Shown piece after piece: positions 40,180-50,214 of a stretch of 64,000 bases of DNA. Under the pieces are notes generated by a model. That model was not told the origin of the DNA. It saw only the letters and a program-made list of their open reading frames with translations, and did no database searches. Origin of the DNA: an uncultured Candidatus Poseidoniales archaeon (GTDB taxonomy: Archaea; Thermoplasmatota; Poseidoniia; Poseidoniales; Poseidoniaceae). Each line of letters starts with the position of its first letter. Positions within the stretch are counted from its first letter, which is position 1. The DNA is taken from positions 9,497 to 73,496 of the forward strand of contig CAYPPO010000002.1 of NCBI GenBank assembly GCA_964412625.1. Reading direction: 5' to 3'. The translations under genes were made by a program, and so were the position numbers.

Positions 40180-41594
40180 TACGATTGAAGAATCAACTCT
40201 ACTGCAAATAGCGGGTCAGGGTCAGTCGAATCATGATATGCTACTACTACCCCGCCATCGTTTAAGATCGCTAAAGAAGCAAAATCGAATCTTATGTCGT
40301 TACCCGCTCCGGAGGTAGAATCTAAATCGCCTTGTCCGATATATGTTAAAGTGTCAGGCGACATATCTTCAGAGTAACCACGAACATGGTACACAGTGTC
40401 GACATCCGGTCCTGCTGAACTTTGGTATCTGACATTCAATACGAAAAGGTCTAATTCACCATTAGCCTGAAACTCCCATTCTTCAATCTGCGTTGCTTGT
40501 TCATTTAGCTCATAGGTGTGATTTTGCCAGGTAACTGCCCCATCGTCCGACATGTAATGAGTAAAAGATGTCCCTGAATTTGCCACACAATGGATTACTC
40601 CGACTGAATCTATCTGACAGTACTCGCTAGGGAATTGAACAAATAATTCATTCCATGATAGTGAGGTATCCATGAATGCTGCATTGCCGTTATTATAGTA
40701 CGCAGGGAAGACGAGTCCACCACTGGGCATTGGGAAGGCGCGCATTTCTTTGTGCGGTTTGTTAACATCATAATATGCTGGTAAGTTAGCCTCGGTGAAA
40801 TCCAAGTCCAATTCGATTTCTGGATCCCCGCCGCTGCGGTCAGGGAACTGGAACGGGTAGTAGTTCAAGCCGTCGACACTTATTTGCCCACCAGCGTTCA
40901 TTGATTGATGCCAAAAGTTGGACACAACGATACTGGCCCATTCCCCACTACCCAGTGTAGATTCAATCGGGCCGATGACTTCCACCTGCCATGATCGATC
41001 GTAGAATGGTTCAGTGATTCTATTGTAGCACCATTTCCATTCATCTTCTGAAGCATCGTATAGTATGGCATAAAATTTGTCTAGCTTGAGATCGGCCCCA
41101 GGATACGGAAACCACGACATTGAAATTATGTCCCCATTTGTTGCCTGAACGATACTTCCTTCGCCCAGTCCTTCTTGACCGGGGTTGGTTGGAACAAATG
41201 TGACACACTGACCAACTGCAGGCAGTACGCCGGGGATGTAAGTATCCCACTCATGACCACGGTCAAGACTCCATACAGGGTATTCACCGCCAATGTTGAG
41301 AATTTGTCCTTCGATGGTGGTGGCTAGATAATGCTCACAGCAATTGCCACCTTTTGACGCATCAAAAACAGCCCATGACATATTCGTGGATTGGTTAGTG
41401 CGCAGGTCTATGGTGGTAAAGGGTCTAGGTGACTCGTGTGGCTGATTATCGATAAGAATGTAATCAGCCCATATGTTCTCAACGACCTCCTCTTCGATGA
41501 GTGTTTCACCTTCGCCGAAGCAACCTGCTAGCATTGTGGAGAGTGCCAACAACACAGCGAGTACCATTCTTCGCATGGATAGACGAGACGCCAC
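40176..41594 (-). CDS. Secreted lipoprotein of unknown function (beta-rich, possibly propeller-like)
   Basis: It has a lipobox signal peptide (LSTMLAGCFG). It is 472 aa, Trp/Tyr/Asp-rich, with no enzymatic motif recognised. Confidence 0.5.
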   Translation of the reverse strand: MASRLSMRRMVLAVLLALSTMLAGCFGEGETLIEEEVVENIWADYILIDNQPHESPRPFTTIDLRTNQSTNMSWAVFDASKGGNCCEHYLATTIEGQILNIGGEYPVWSLDRGHEWDTYIPGVLPAVGQCVTFVPTNPGQEGLGEGSIVQATNGDIISMSWFPYPGADLKLDKFYAILYDASEDEWKWCYNRITEPFYDRSWQVEVIGPIESTLGSGEWASIVVSNFWHQSMNAGGQISVDGLNYYPFQFPDRSGGDPEIELDLDFTEANLPAYYDVNKPHKEMRAFPMPSGGLVFPAYYNNGNAAFMDTSLSWNELFVQFPSEYCQIDSVGVIHCVANSGTSFTHYMSDDGAVTWQNHTYELNEQATQIEEWEFQANGELDLFVLNVRYQSSAGPDVDTVYHVRGYSEDMSPDTLTYIGQGDLDSTSGAGNDIRFDFASLAILNDGGVVVAYHDSTDPDPLFAVELILQSY

Positions 41595-41624
41595 TCATGT
41601 TTGAATGCGTCGTTTCTTGGCTGT

Positions 41625-44600
41625 TTATGAAACAATGAAGTAAATCTTTGACCCATCTACTTCGAAGGTCTCGGTTGCCGAGGTTGGCGAGTCGCCGTTT
41701 GGGTGAAAAATTGCTGACCGGGCTCGGGTTTCAGTCACAATCCAATCTTGGTCAGTTTGGAATAACTCTGGAGAATTTTCCATCCAAATCTCAAGTTCTA
41801 TGGTGGCCTCAATGTCTAAGTCCAAATCCTTGCGCTTGGCTTGAATTCTTCGTGTAATATCACGGGCTAATCCTTTCGAGAGTAGTTCCGGAGTGTCATT
41901 CATGTCGAGGACGAGGCTCACATGGTATGATTCGTCACCTTGGCCGACTTGTATAGTTGATGCTGCAAAACCAGATTTTTCAACCCGCTTTACCTCGACA
42001 TCACTTTCCTCGATCTTGATACCTAAAATTTCAAGTTTGCCCGATTTTATTTCCTCTAGCATTGCGGCCGGATTTTCTGCATTGCGGATTTCAGCGGCAA
42101 TAGCATTGACATCACCCCTAGCCCTTGGCGCAAGTGCTCTAAAATTGGGTGCTAACTCAATTTGCTGGAATCTATCTAAATCAGTTTCAATTGAAATCTT
42201 TTCAACATTCAATTCCTCTGCTAGGATGTCGTGGAATTCAGCCAAATCTGGACCTGATACAATCCATCCATCTCCACAAGGGAGTCTCTGTCGACGCGCG
42301 GCGTCAACACGAATGCGGCGCCCAGTTTCAGCCAATTCTCTAACCAAAGACATCCTTGTTTCAAGGTCCAAATCTTGTGGCGGTAGCGTTGCTGTCGCCT
42401 TAGCAGCATTCTCATCCCAAGAATCTGCAGTAGCTCCTTCTAGGCTGCCTGGTGTTCCAAGCGGCCAATTTGCTTGATGGACACTTGTACCTTCTAAATT
42501 TCGGTAAATCACGTCTACCATAAACGGACTAACCGGCGCAACAAGTCGACAGACAGTGGTAAGCACCTCATGGAGGGTGTTTTGACAGGCAACCTTGTCG
42601 GTATTCTCTGCCTCGTCCCATAATCTTCTTCTGCTGCGTCTGACATACCAATTGGATAAGTCATTGACGACAAATTCTTCCAATTCTCGGCAGGCTTTGT
42701 GATAGTCCCAGTTAGTGAAGCCTTCGTGATAATTAGTTGCAACGGTTGCCAGGCGGGATAAGACCCAACGGTCGAGTGGTGTCCTCTCAGCAACCTCGAC
42801 GTGGTTTGTCTCAGGGTCAAATCCATCAAGTGCAGCATAATCAGCGTGGAATTTGTAGATATTCCATAATGTCAAGAACATCTTTGCATAGGTTTCTCTA
42901 ACGCCATTTGGGTCGAATTTAAGCGGACTCCAAGGGGCTCCAGCAGTGACCATGTACCATCTTGTTGCATCCGCACCTTCTCGGTTGAAATGATCCCAAG
43001 GGTCCACAATATTACCTCTTGATTTGGACATTTTCTTACCTTCAGCATCAAGAATTAATCCAAGCGACAAGCACCGTTTGTAGGCCGGCAAGTCAAACAC
43101 CGTTGTTGAAACGGCTAACAGAGTGTAAAACCAACCTCTGGTCTGATCTACTCCTTCACAGATGTAATCGACTGGGAAAGATGAGTTGAAAGTTTCACCA
43201 CCATCAAACGGATGGTGCCACTGGGCGAACGGAGCACATCCCGAATCAAACCAGCAATCCATGACAAATGGTTCTCTTTTCATTGGCTTACCATCATCTG
43301 AAAGCAAGGTGAATCCGTCAACAATTGGCCTGTGTAAGTCAACATCATCTGGACAATCTGGATTGTTTAGTCCAGCGGCGTTTGCCTTTGCAACCTCTGC
43401 TTGAAGTTCTTCAATCGAGCCGATACACTTCATCTGTCCGTCTTCGCTACGCCATACAGGAAGCGGAGTCCCCCAATATCGTTCTCGTGAAATAGCCCAA
43501 TCTTTGACATTCCTCAACCACTCGCCAAATCTACCTTCTCCAACCCAATCAGGTGCCCACTCAACACCATCATTAAATTGCAATAACTTGTCTTTCACAG
43601 CAGTCATTCTGACAAACCAAGAATCCATCGCATAGTATAGTAACGGGTGGTCAGTTCTCCAACAGTGTGGGTAATCGTGCAGATATGCCTTTTCACGATA
43701 AAGCAGGCCGCTTTTCGGACCTTTCCCGTTGCTGCCATTTGGTGCAGATAGTAACTGGATGATTGCCTCATCGCAATCTTTGACATATCGTCCGTCTAAT
43801 TGCTCATGGATTCCTTTGACGAAGGCACCATCCATTCCAACGGTATGAAACGCCGGTAACCCAACTTCCATTCCTAAATTGTAGTCATCTTCACCATACA
43901 TAACAGCAGTATGAACTACGCCGGTACCATCGGTTGTGGTTACCCAATCCGCTGATAAAACGGTCCAAGCAGTTTGTGAACCATTACGCGGCACAGCATC
44001 AGGGAATAATGGTTCATAGGCGCGTCCGACTAATTCACTGCCGGGGAATTCTTCGACAATTTCGACATTGTGTCGCAATACCTCTTTCATCAAATCCTTT
44101 GCTAAAATCATGGTTTCGCCGACATCAGCACCACCAGCCCCATTCCAGTTGGCTGCTGCATCCGTAACTTTGACCTTGACATAGGTGACTTCAGGTCCTA
44201 CCGCTAGTCCAACGTTACCTGGTAATGTCCAGGGTGTTGTAGTCCAGGCTAAGATTGAAGCGTCATCATCTGTTAATTTGAATTTCACATAGACAGAGGG
44301 TTCTTCCACTTCTTTGTAACCTAGAGCAACTTCGTGACTTGAGTATGAGGTGCCGGTTTGCGGGCAATAAGGCAGAACTTTGTGCCCACGGTATAGCAGT
44401 TCTTTGTCGAACATTTGCTTGATAGCCCACCAACATGACTCAACATAATCATTATGCAGAGTGACATATGGATTGTCTAGGTCAACCCAATATGCCATAC
44501 GCTCAGTCATCTCACGCCATGCGCTTTCATAGGTCCAAACTGATTCACGGCAAGCTTGATTGAAATTATCCATTCCATAAGCTTCGATGGCTTCGTTTGA

Positions 44601-44969
44601 CATTAAGTCCATGCGCTTTTGTACCTCGATTTCCACTGGTAACCCGTGAGTGTCCCATCCGCCTTTTCGCTCAACGAGAAAACCTTCCATAGTTTTCCAT
44701 CGGCAGACTAAATCTTTGTATGCTCGAGCCACAACATGATGGATTCCGGGTTTACCGTTAGCGGTTGGAGGTCCCTCCAAGAAGATGAATGGTGCTCCAT
44801 CTCTACGAGATTCAATGGAGTTTTGGAACGCATTTTCTTGGCTCCATGTACTCAGTAGCGCTGTTTCAAGAGCAACAGCGTCTAATTCTCCGGCGGGATT
44901 GGGCTTTGCCATGACCCTGCGAGATAGGTTTTTGTCTTGAATCTCACCCCTAAATTTTCTATTTTTCAT
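41625..44969 (-). CDS. ileS: Isoleucyl-tRNA synthetase
   Basis: It has a class I HIGH-type motif (PTANGKPGIHHV) and KMSKS (KMSKSRGN). It has a CP1 editing-domain-sized insert. It is 1114 aa. The true start may be the internal Met at ~44912. Confidence 0.9.
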   Translation of the reverse strand: MKNRKFRGEIQDKNLSRRVMAKPNPAGELDAVALETALLSTWSQENAFQNSIESRRDGAPFIFLEGPPTANGKPGIHHVVARAYKDLVCRWKTMEGFLVERKGGWDTHGLPVEIEVQKRMDLMSNEAIEAYGMDNFNQACRESVWTYESAWREMTERMAYWVDLDNPYVTLHNDYVESCWWAIKQMFDKELLYRGHKVLPYCPQTGTSYSSHEVALGYKEVEEPSVYVKFKLTDDDASILAWTTTPWTLPGNVGLAVGPEVTYVKVKVTDAAANWNGAGGADVGETMILAKDLMKEVLRHNVEIVEEFPGSELVGRAYEPLFPDAVPRNGSQTAWTVLSADWVTTTDGTGVVHTAVMYGEDDYNLGMEVGLPAFHTVGMDGAFVKGIHEQLDGRYVKDCDEAIIQLLSAPNGSNGKGPKSGLLYREKAYLHDYPHCWRTDHPLLYYAMDSWFVRMTAVKDKLLQFNDGVEWAPDWVGEGRFGEWLRNVKDWAISRERYWGTPLPVWRSEDGQMKCIGSIEELQAEVAKANAAGLNNPDCPDDVDLHRPIVDGFTLLSDDGKPMKREPFVMDCWFDSGCAPFAQWHHPFDGGETFNSSFPVDYICEGVDQTRGWFYTLLAVSTTVFDLPAYKRCLSLGLILDAEGKKMSKSRGNIVDPWDHFNREGADATRWYMVTAGAPWSPLKFDPNGVRETYAKMFLTLWNIYKFHADYAALDGFDPETNHVEVAERTPLDRWVLSRLATVATNYHEGFTNWDYHKACRELEEFVVNDLSNWYVRRSRRRLWDEAENTDKVACQNTLHEVLTTVCRLVAPVSPFMVDVIYRNLEGTSVHQANWPLGTPGSLEGATADSWDENAAKATATLPPQDLDLETRMSLVRELAETGRRIRVDAARRQRLPCGDGWIVSGPDLAEFHDILAEELNVEKISIETDLDRFQQIELAPNFRALAPRARGDVNAIAAEIRNAENPAAMLEEIKSGKLEILGIKIEESDVEVKRVEKSGFAASTIQVGQGDESYHVSLVLDMNDTPELLSKGLARDITRRIQAKRKDLDLDIEATIELEIWMENSPELFQTDQDWIVTETRARSAIFHPNGDSPTSATETFEVDGSKIYFIVS

Positions 44970-45052
44970 TTTCTTGCCGATTACTACTGTAAATCAAGCG
45001 TTTATGCTAATGCAACGGTATGTTTGAAGTCCTTACATGACTACGGCTGTCC

Positions 45053-48000
45053 ATGTCCGCCGCTACATCTTGGCGTAGTGCCCTATTTTTGGCCATTTTA
45101 ATGGCAATTATCGGTCCATTGCAAATGTCAGGTAATCTCACGGCAAATTCGACCAATTTGAGCGAACTATCTGATTCACAAATCGTCGGGTTTTCCATGC
45201 AGGGTAATGGCCAATTCATTGCGCTTGATGGCGATGGTGTCGTGAACGATGATTTCACGATTGAAGTTCCTACCGCCTCACCCATAACTGATATGCAACT
45301 AAGTATTGAACCATCAGTAATGCAGACGCATTACGGTTTTGTATGGGATTCTGATACCACTTGGTCAAACACCGATGCTACCAAGAATGGCACAATCGTA
45401 GAGAATGGTAAGTTAACGGGGTCAAGCGCTGGAACACTTTGGGACTTTAACAGCGGTTTGCAAGGTTGGACGGTGTCAAATCCAACATTTGTTAGCCGAT
45501 GGACCAATGCTTGTGGTGTCAATGGTACATCCGGTGGTTCGATAAAAACTCAGGCTAATTACAATGCACCACACTATGCAACATCTCCGCCGGTCAATCT
45601 TGCAGGTGCTCAGTCTATGCCGTTGACTGCTTGGGTCTTGCAAGGTTCATTCAGTTGTGGCGAAGAGCCGGATTCTGGTGAAGATCTTCAGATTCAATAC
45701 ATTACAACAGCCGGTAACTGGGTTACTTTGAACACATGGTCGGGGGCCACATCCGGTGGTACCATCCAACAATGGTCGATCAACCTGCCAGCCGCAGCAC
45801 TTCATGCTGCTACTCAAATAAGAATTAATCAAATCAGTGGCAGTGGCTCAGGCTCAACATGCTGTGACTTTTGGTTTGTTGACGACGTTCATCTAGCATC
45901 ACCTCCAGAATCTCACTGGGTCAGCCCGACAATTGGCTGGGGTCAGGGTGCATCCCAACCAGTCTCCCGTAGCACCTACGCACCGATTTACCTTGATGCA
46001 GTTATTCCAGATGGGGCATTCTTGAATTGGTCCATCCTTGACGGTAATGGCAATGATATCATGGGTGCGTCAGGGAGTAATGACGTCATGGTCCCACTAC
46101 ACATGATAGATTATGAAATGTATCCACTTGTTAGACTAAAATTAGAATTCACCGGCTCAGCGGCTGGTAATGGAATTCCAATCCTGCATTCGATTGGCGG
46201 CGATGGTCAAATTCATACCAACTTCAACGGCGGGATTCTCAACGAAGGTTGGGATGAGGCTTGTGTGCAAGGTGGCGCAGTAAACTATCAAAATGGCATA
46301 ATTGCGACGGTTGATTGTAATCTAACATCGCCTTGGTTTAGCACGCTAAATCCGGCTAAAGTGATAAGCGGTCAAGCGAACATCAAGGAAAGCGTTTTGC
46401 AGATTCGCTATTCGCCGAATGATAACTGGACGAATTTGACCACGCCAGCATTCACTTCATCCAATGATGCAACAATCTATCAATATCAGTATAGAATAAT
46501 CCATAATGGCTCCAGCGCACCTTCTTGGCAAGCAAAAGCGTTGTCGTGGAGTCTCAATAGTGGAAAACATCCAGCGCAACCAGCAATTGACTTCAATCAA
46601 GATGGATTCGTTGAATGGGGTGGCAGTGATAGTAGAGTTGGCTCTTGGGGCTGGCAGGATCGATTCGAGAATGGTGAAGAAATAATCTCAGTTACGCCGG
46701 GTATTTCAGGAACTGATAGCGTTTCTGCTTGGCTGCCTAGGGATAATGTTCACTCTTTCTCAGTTGGTGTGATGGCAGAAACCGGTGTACTTTCAGGTCT
46801 ATATCTGAGAGTCGGTAATCAGTTAATTGCAAACTGGACATATGATAATGTAAAGAGCGCTTATGTCACGCTCAACTCCTCACAACTCTATGCCCTAAGT
46901 TATGCTGCGTCGACAGCTTCTAGCGTCGGTTTCTTGGGGGCCAATTTCGTACAAATCGATTTCGAAGTAACTGGAACTGGTGGAATGAAAATGGCCGGTT
47001 TATCAATTCCATACGATGTATCAACATATCTGGATTCTGACCAACAATCACCGATGGTGTTGGGAATTAACGATGCCCGATCCCTACTACCAGATGTAGG
47101 TGGTCAACACATCATTCCAATACCGTTTGTTGCTGATTCTGCGGGCGGATTATTAGTTGCGCTAGATGGGGTTAATTTCTCATCTGATGTTGAAATAATA
47201 TCTACCTACATGGAAAATCCTGTCCAAGTACTTACCACGAGTCAAACATGGCACACAATGCACACCGATTTCGAAGTTACTGCGTCTACCGCCGGCTTAG
47301 TTCGATTAGATGTTGTTGGCGAAAATAACCATGCAACATGGTTGATTCCAACGGGAGGAGGCTCACCTATCGGTCAAGGGGATAGCGAACTTGTAGAACT
47401 TCACCCGACGAATTGGCTTAATTTCACTCAGAACGGTAACGACATTAGTGTCGCCGTAAAATACCGAATCGAACCCGGCTGGGATGACGAAGAATACCTA
47501 ACTGCATCGACAAGATTAGTTTTGGGCAATGGTGTTGTGTCCATTCCCGCAACACATTCATGGGGTAGCACAACCGGTGGGACAAAGGCTTTGGAAAATG
47601 ATTTGGAAATTAAAAGCGTAACATTTTCCACAGACATGGGTGAATTGCCCAGCGATGAATACTACTTGCCTGCTGGGCAAGATGTCGCAATTTCGATAGA
47701 TATAGGCTTTGAAGGCTTATCAGACGCAGAATCATTTGCTGATGGCGACGCGGTACTTTCACTCTACCAAGGGACGAATGAAATTGCTAACACAACCACT
47801 ATGGATGTTGATATGTGGAATTATACCGATACTGTTCCATTCACGAATGGAGTTTTAAATTGGCGCATCGAAGTTGTTCCATCAACCGGCGGCGGCGTTA
47901 CTGATGATGCCGAATATCAGAGAACTTTCTTTGCTGATTCGGTAGTTCCATCGGTTTACTGGTCAAGCGTTGCGGCATATGACCATAGAGTGCCATCCTC

Positions 48001-50212
48001 AACTCAAACCATCCAAGTTCAAATCACCGATCAACCGATATTACCCTCAAACATAGAAGCGATGGTTTGGCGTGAGTGGATTAATGATTACGATTTTAAT
48101 GGCCTACCAAGTCCAGATGAATATCAATCCTTCTCGAATGTCTTGCTGCCTAATGACCTCACGGCTTTCGTTGGTCAATATACAATACTACTCGATGACA
48201 GTGGTGGTTCAATCGGTGACAAGGTTGCAGTTTATCTAATCGGCAATGATGCTGCAGGCCATCCGTTAGAGGATAATGGAACCGGGGAAGAAGGAGACCA
48301 TCTATTCATGTATCAACTCAAAGCCGACGGACCACCCTCAATTCCAACCGCAGCATTCTCATGGAAGGACGGCAGACAGACCTGGTTACACCCGATGATT
48401 AGCTACGAATTCGATGTGATGATGAATGAGCCAAATGGTGGTTCAGACTTGATGATAGTCGAAGTACAGTTGGCCTCACAACAGAACAGTGACAGGTTAC
48501 CGATTTCTTGGGACTTTATGACGGGAGATTGTACTACAACAAGCCCTCATTTGGTGATTGAGGATTGCGAAATGATTGGGCAAAATGGCCCTGCTGGTCC
48601 CTACGAACAAGATATTACTTTGAATGTAGAGTTCCATTTACTGTGGACAATACCTGATTTGGGCGACACTAAGCGTGAGCCCAAGTTAATCGTTAGCGAT
48701 CGTGCTGGTAATACGGACCAGCAATCGTTCCCAACACTAAGATGGCGCTCTTCTGGTGATATGTACATTCCAGATGAAACGATTCAATTAGTGATTGAGC
48801 AGGGAACTGCGGTTGCCGATGGCGCAAGAATTGCTCCGGGTAGTACCTTTGAAGTGTCCGGAGACGTCATGTTCCAAGAGACCAACACCAGGCCAGACTT
48901 TGATTGCCCGGTAAGCGTAAGGTTTGACGGTGTGAATTATCCAACAACTGCTATCGACGGTGCATGGACCGCCGTTGTTACCGCCTCGGAGAATTCCGGA
49001 AAGAAAGCCCTAACATGGAGTGTGGATTGTGTATCAGGGCAAGGCGATGACGTCACCGATGAATCTAACAATCGATGGATATTGATTGACGGAACTGGTC
49101 CAACGCCAGTTGAGATAATCAATCCACGCCCAAACACCATACTTGAAACCGATGTCTATGAGGTTAGAATCGCAATCGATGAAGAGGGCGGCTTAGATAT
49201 CGAGTCTTTGCAACTTGAGTGGTGGGTTGAAGATGCAAACACAGGCGATAGGTTGCTTAGCGGATACGAAACCATGACCCTTGAGGGCAATGATATCGCT
49301 GGGACTCAGTTAGAAATTTATGCGAATGTCGACTTGTCGGCTATTACCGATGACATGATCCAAAATAGATTGATACTATTTGTGAAGGTAAACGGAAGAG
49401 ACCTAGCGGATAATGCCATAATGGGTATGAATGGCGCTCCAGCAGGCAGCGAAATAGCACAATGGGAACTAGAGTGGTTAAGGCCAGAGTTCGAGATTGG
49501 CCCACTGGACGTATCATATACACGATTAATTATCGAAGTTAGCCAATCTACATCGGTTCAAGCGCTTGTTAGCAACACCGGCTCTTTGGATGGCACCGTA
49601 GATGCGACTGCCTATGTGGTTAGAATTAATGGCACTAAGGAAGTACTACAACGTCCAAGTATTGACATTCCTGCTGGAGGGAAAGGTCTGATTTCGATTG
49701 ATTGGGTGCCTACCTCAGAAGGCGTACAATGGATTGAAGTCGAACTTGATAACGGTCTGACTGCCAAAGGTCCAACCGTTGATGTTAGACCCGCACGAGA
49801 GCAAGGTTTTATTGAAAATTTATTTGGTGATGTCAACCCAGTTATTGGTTCAGCAGTTGTTCTAATATTCATATCGATAATTGTAACCGGTCTTCTTTGG
49901 GCTAGAAAAGCCACCCGTGGTAGAGGTTCCGGATCAGTGTATGATTGGGATGAATATTCCTCTGAAATCGATTACGATGATTATGATGACTATGAAGAGG
50001 AGAGTCTACCAGAATCCTATGAATCACCAACTATTGAGCCGGCAGTATCAGTCGGCGCAGCATCTGCAGCATTGGTTGGTGGTGGCGAGGCCGCTACTAC
50101 AGAGGAGACTGATTGGGTAATGGGCGCTGATGGATACTGGTGGTATCATGACAAAGGTACAAATGAATGGTGGTACAAAGACGAAAATGGCGACATCGTC
50201 AAATTTAGTTAA
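45053..50212 (+). CDS. Giant (1719 aa) secreted surface protein with many N-glycosylation sequons, C-terminal TM anchor and acidic/Trp-rich cytoplasmic tail
   Basis: It has a signal peptide (ALFLAILMAIIGPLQMSG) and dense N-x-S/T sequons (NLTANSTNLS...). The TM helix AVVLIFISIIVTGLLWA is followed by a DYDDYDDYEEE run and the tandem motif WWYHDKG...WWYKDENG. Confidence 0.7.
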   Translation: MSAATSWRSALFLAILMAIIGPLQMSGNLTANSTNLSELSDSQIVGFSMQGNGQFIALDGDGVVNDDFTIEVPTASPITDMQLSIEPSVMQTHYGFVWDSDTTWSNTDATKNGTIVENGKLTGSSAGTLWDFNSGLQGWTVSNPTFVSRWTNACGVNGTSGGSIKTQANYNAPHYATSPPVNLAGAQSMPLTAWVLQGSFSCGEEPDSGEDLQIQYITTAGNWVTLNTWSGATSGGTIQQWSINLPAAALHAATQIRINQISGSGSGSTCCDFWFVDDVHLASPPESHWVSPTIGWGQGASQPVSRSTYAPIYLDAVIPDGAFLNWSILDGNGNDIMGASGSNDVMVPLHMIDYEMYPLVRLKLEFTGSAAGNGIPILHSIGGDGQIHTNFNGGILNEGWDEACVQGGAVNYQNGIIATVDCNLTSPWFSTLNPAKVISGQANIKESVLQIRYSPNDNWTNLTTPAFTSSNDATIYQYQYRIIHNGSSAPSWQAKALSWSLNSGKHPAQPAIDFNQDGFVEWGGSDSRVGSWGWQDRFENGEEIISVTPGISGTDSVSAWLPRDNVHSFSVGVMAETGVLSGLYLRVGNQLIANWTYDNVKSAYVTLNSSQLYALSYAASTASSVGFLGANFVQIDFEVTGTGGMKMAGLSIPYDVSTYLDSDQQSPMVLGINDARSLLPDVGGQHIIPIPFVADSAGGLLVALDGVNFSSDVEIISTYMENPVQVLTTSQTWHTMHTDFEVTASTAGLVRLDVVGENNHATWLIPTGGGSPIGQGDSELVELHPTNWLNFTQNGNDISVAVKYRIEPGWDDEEYLTASTRLVLGNGVVSIPATHSWGSTTGGTKALENDLEIKSVTFSTDMGELPSDEYYLPAGQDVAISIDIGFEGLSDAESFADGDAVLSLYQGTNEIANTTTMDVDMWNYTDTVPFTNGVLNWRIEVVPSTGGGVTDDAEYQRTFFADSVVPSVYWSSVAAYDHRVPSSTQTIQVQITDQPILPSNIEAMVWREWINDYDFNGLPSPDEYQSFSNVLLPNDLTAFVGQYTILLDDSGGSIGDKVAVYLIGNDAAGHPLEDNGTGEEGDHLFMYQLKADGPPSIPTAAFSWKDGRQTWLHPMISYEFDVMMNEPNGGSDLMIVEVQLASQQNSDRLPISWDFMTGDCTTTSPHLVIEDCEMIGQNGPAGPYEQDITLNVEFHLLWTIPDLGDTKREPKLIVSDRAGNTDQQSFPTLRWRSSGDMYIPDETIQLVIEQGTAVADGARIAPGSTFEVSGDVMFQETNTRPDFDCPVSVRFDGVNYPTTAIDGAWTAVVTASENSGKKALTWSVDCVSGQGDDVTDESNNRWILIDGTGPTPVEIINPRPNTILETDVYEVRIAIDEEGGLDIESLQLEWWVEDANTGDRLLSGYETMTLEGNDIAGTQLEIYANVDLSAITDDMIQNRLILFVKVNGRDLADNAIMGMNGAPAGSEIAQWELEWLRPEFEIGPLDVSYTRLIIEVSQSTSVQALVSNTGSLDGTVDATAYVVRINGTKEVLQRPSIDIPAGGKGLISIDWVPTSEGVQWIEVELDNGLTAKGPTVDVRPAREQGFIENLFGDVNPVIGSAVVLIFISIIVTGLLWARKATRGRGSGSVYDWDEYSSEIDYDDYDDYEEESLPESYESPTIEPAVSVGAASAALVGGGEAATTEETDWVMGADGYWWYHDKGTNEWWYKDENGDIVKFS

Positions 50213-50214
50213 CC

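Noticed and set aside
41893-42477. 194-aa plus-strand ORF
   Set aside because: It is antisense to ileS. It is Ser/Ala-rich and low-complexity, typical of the reverse strand of a conserved gene.
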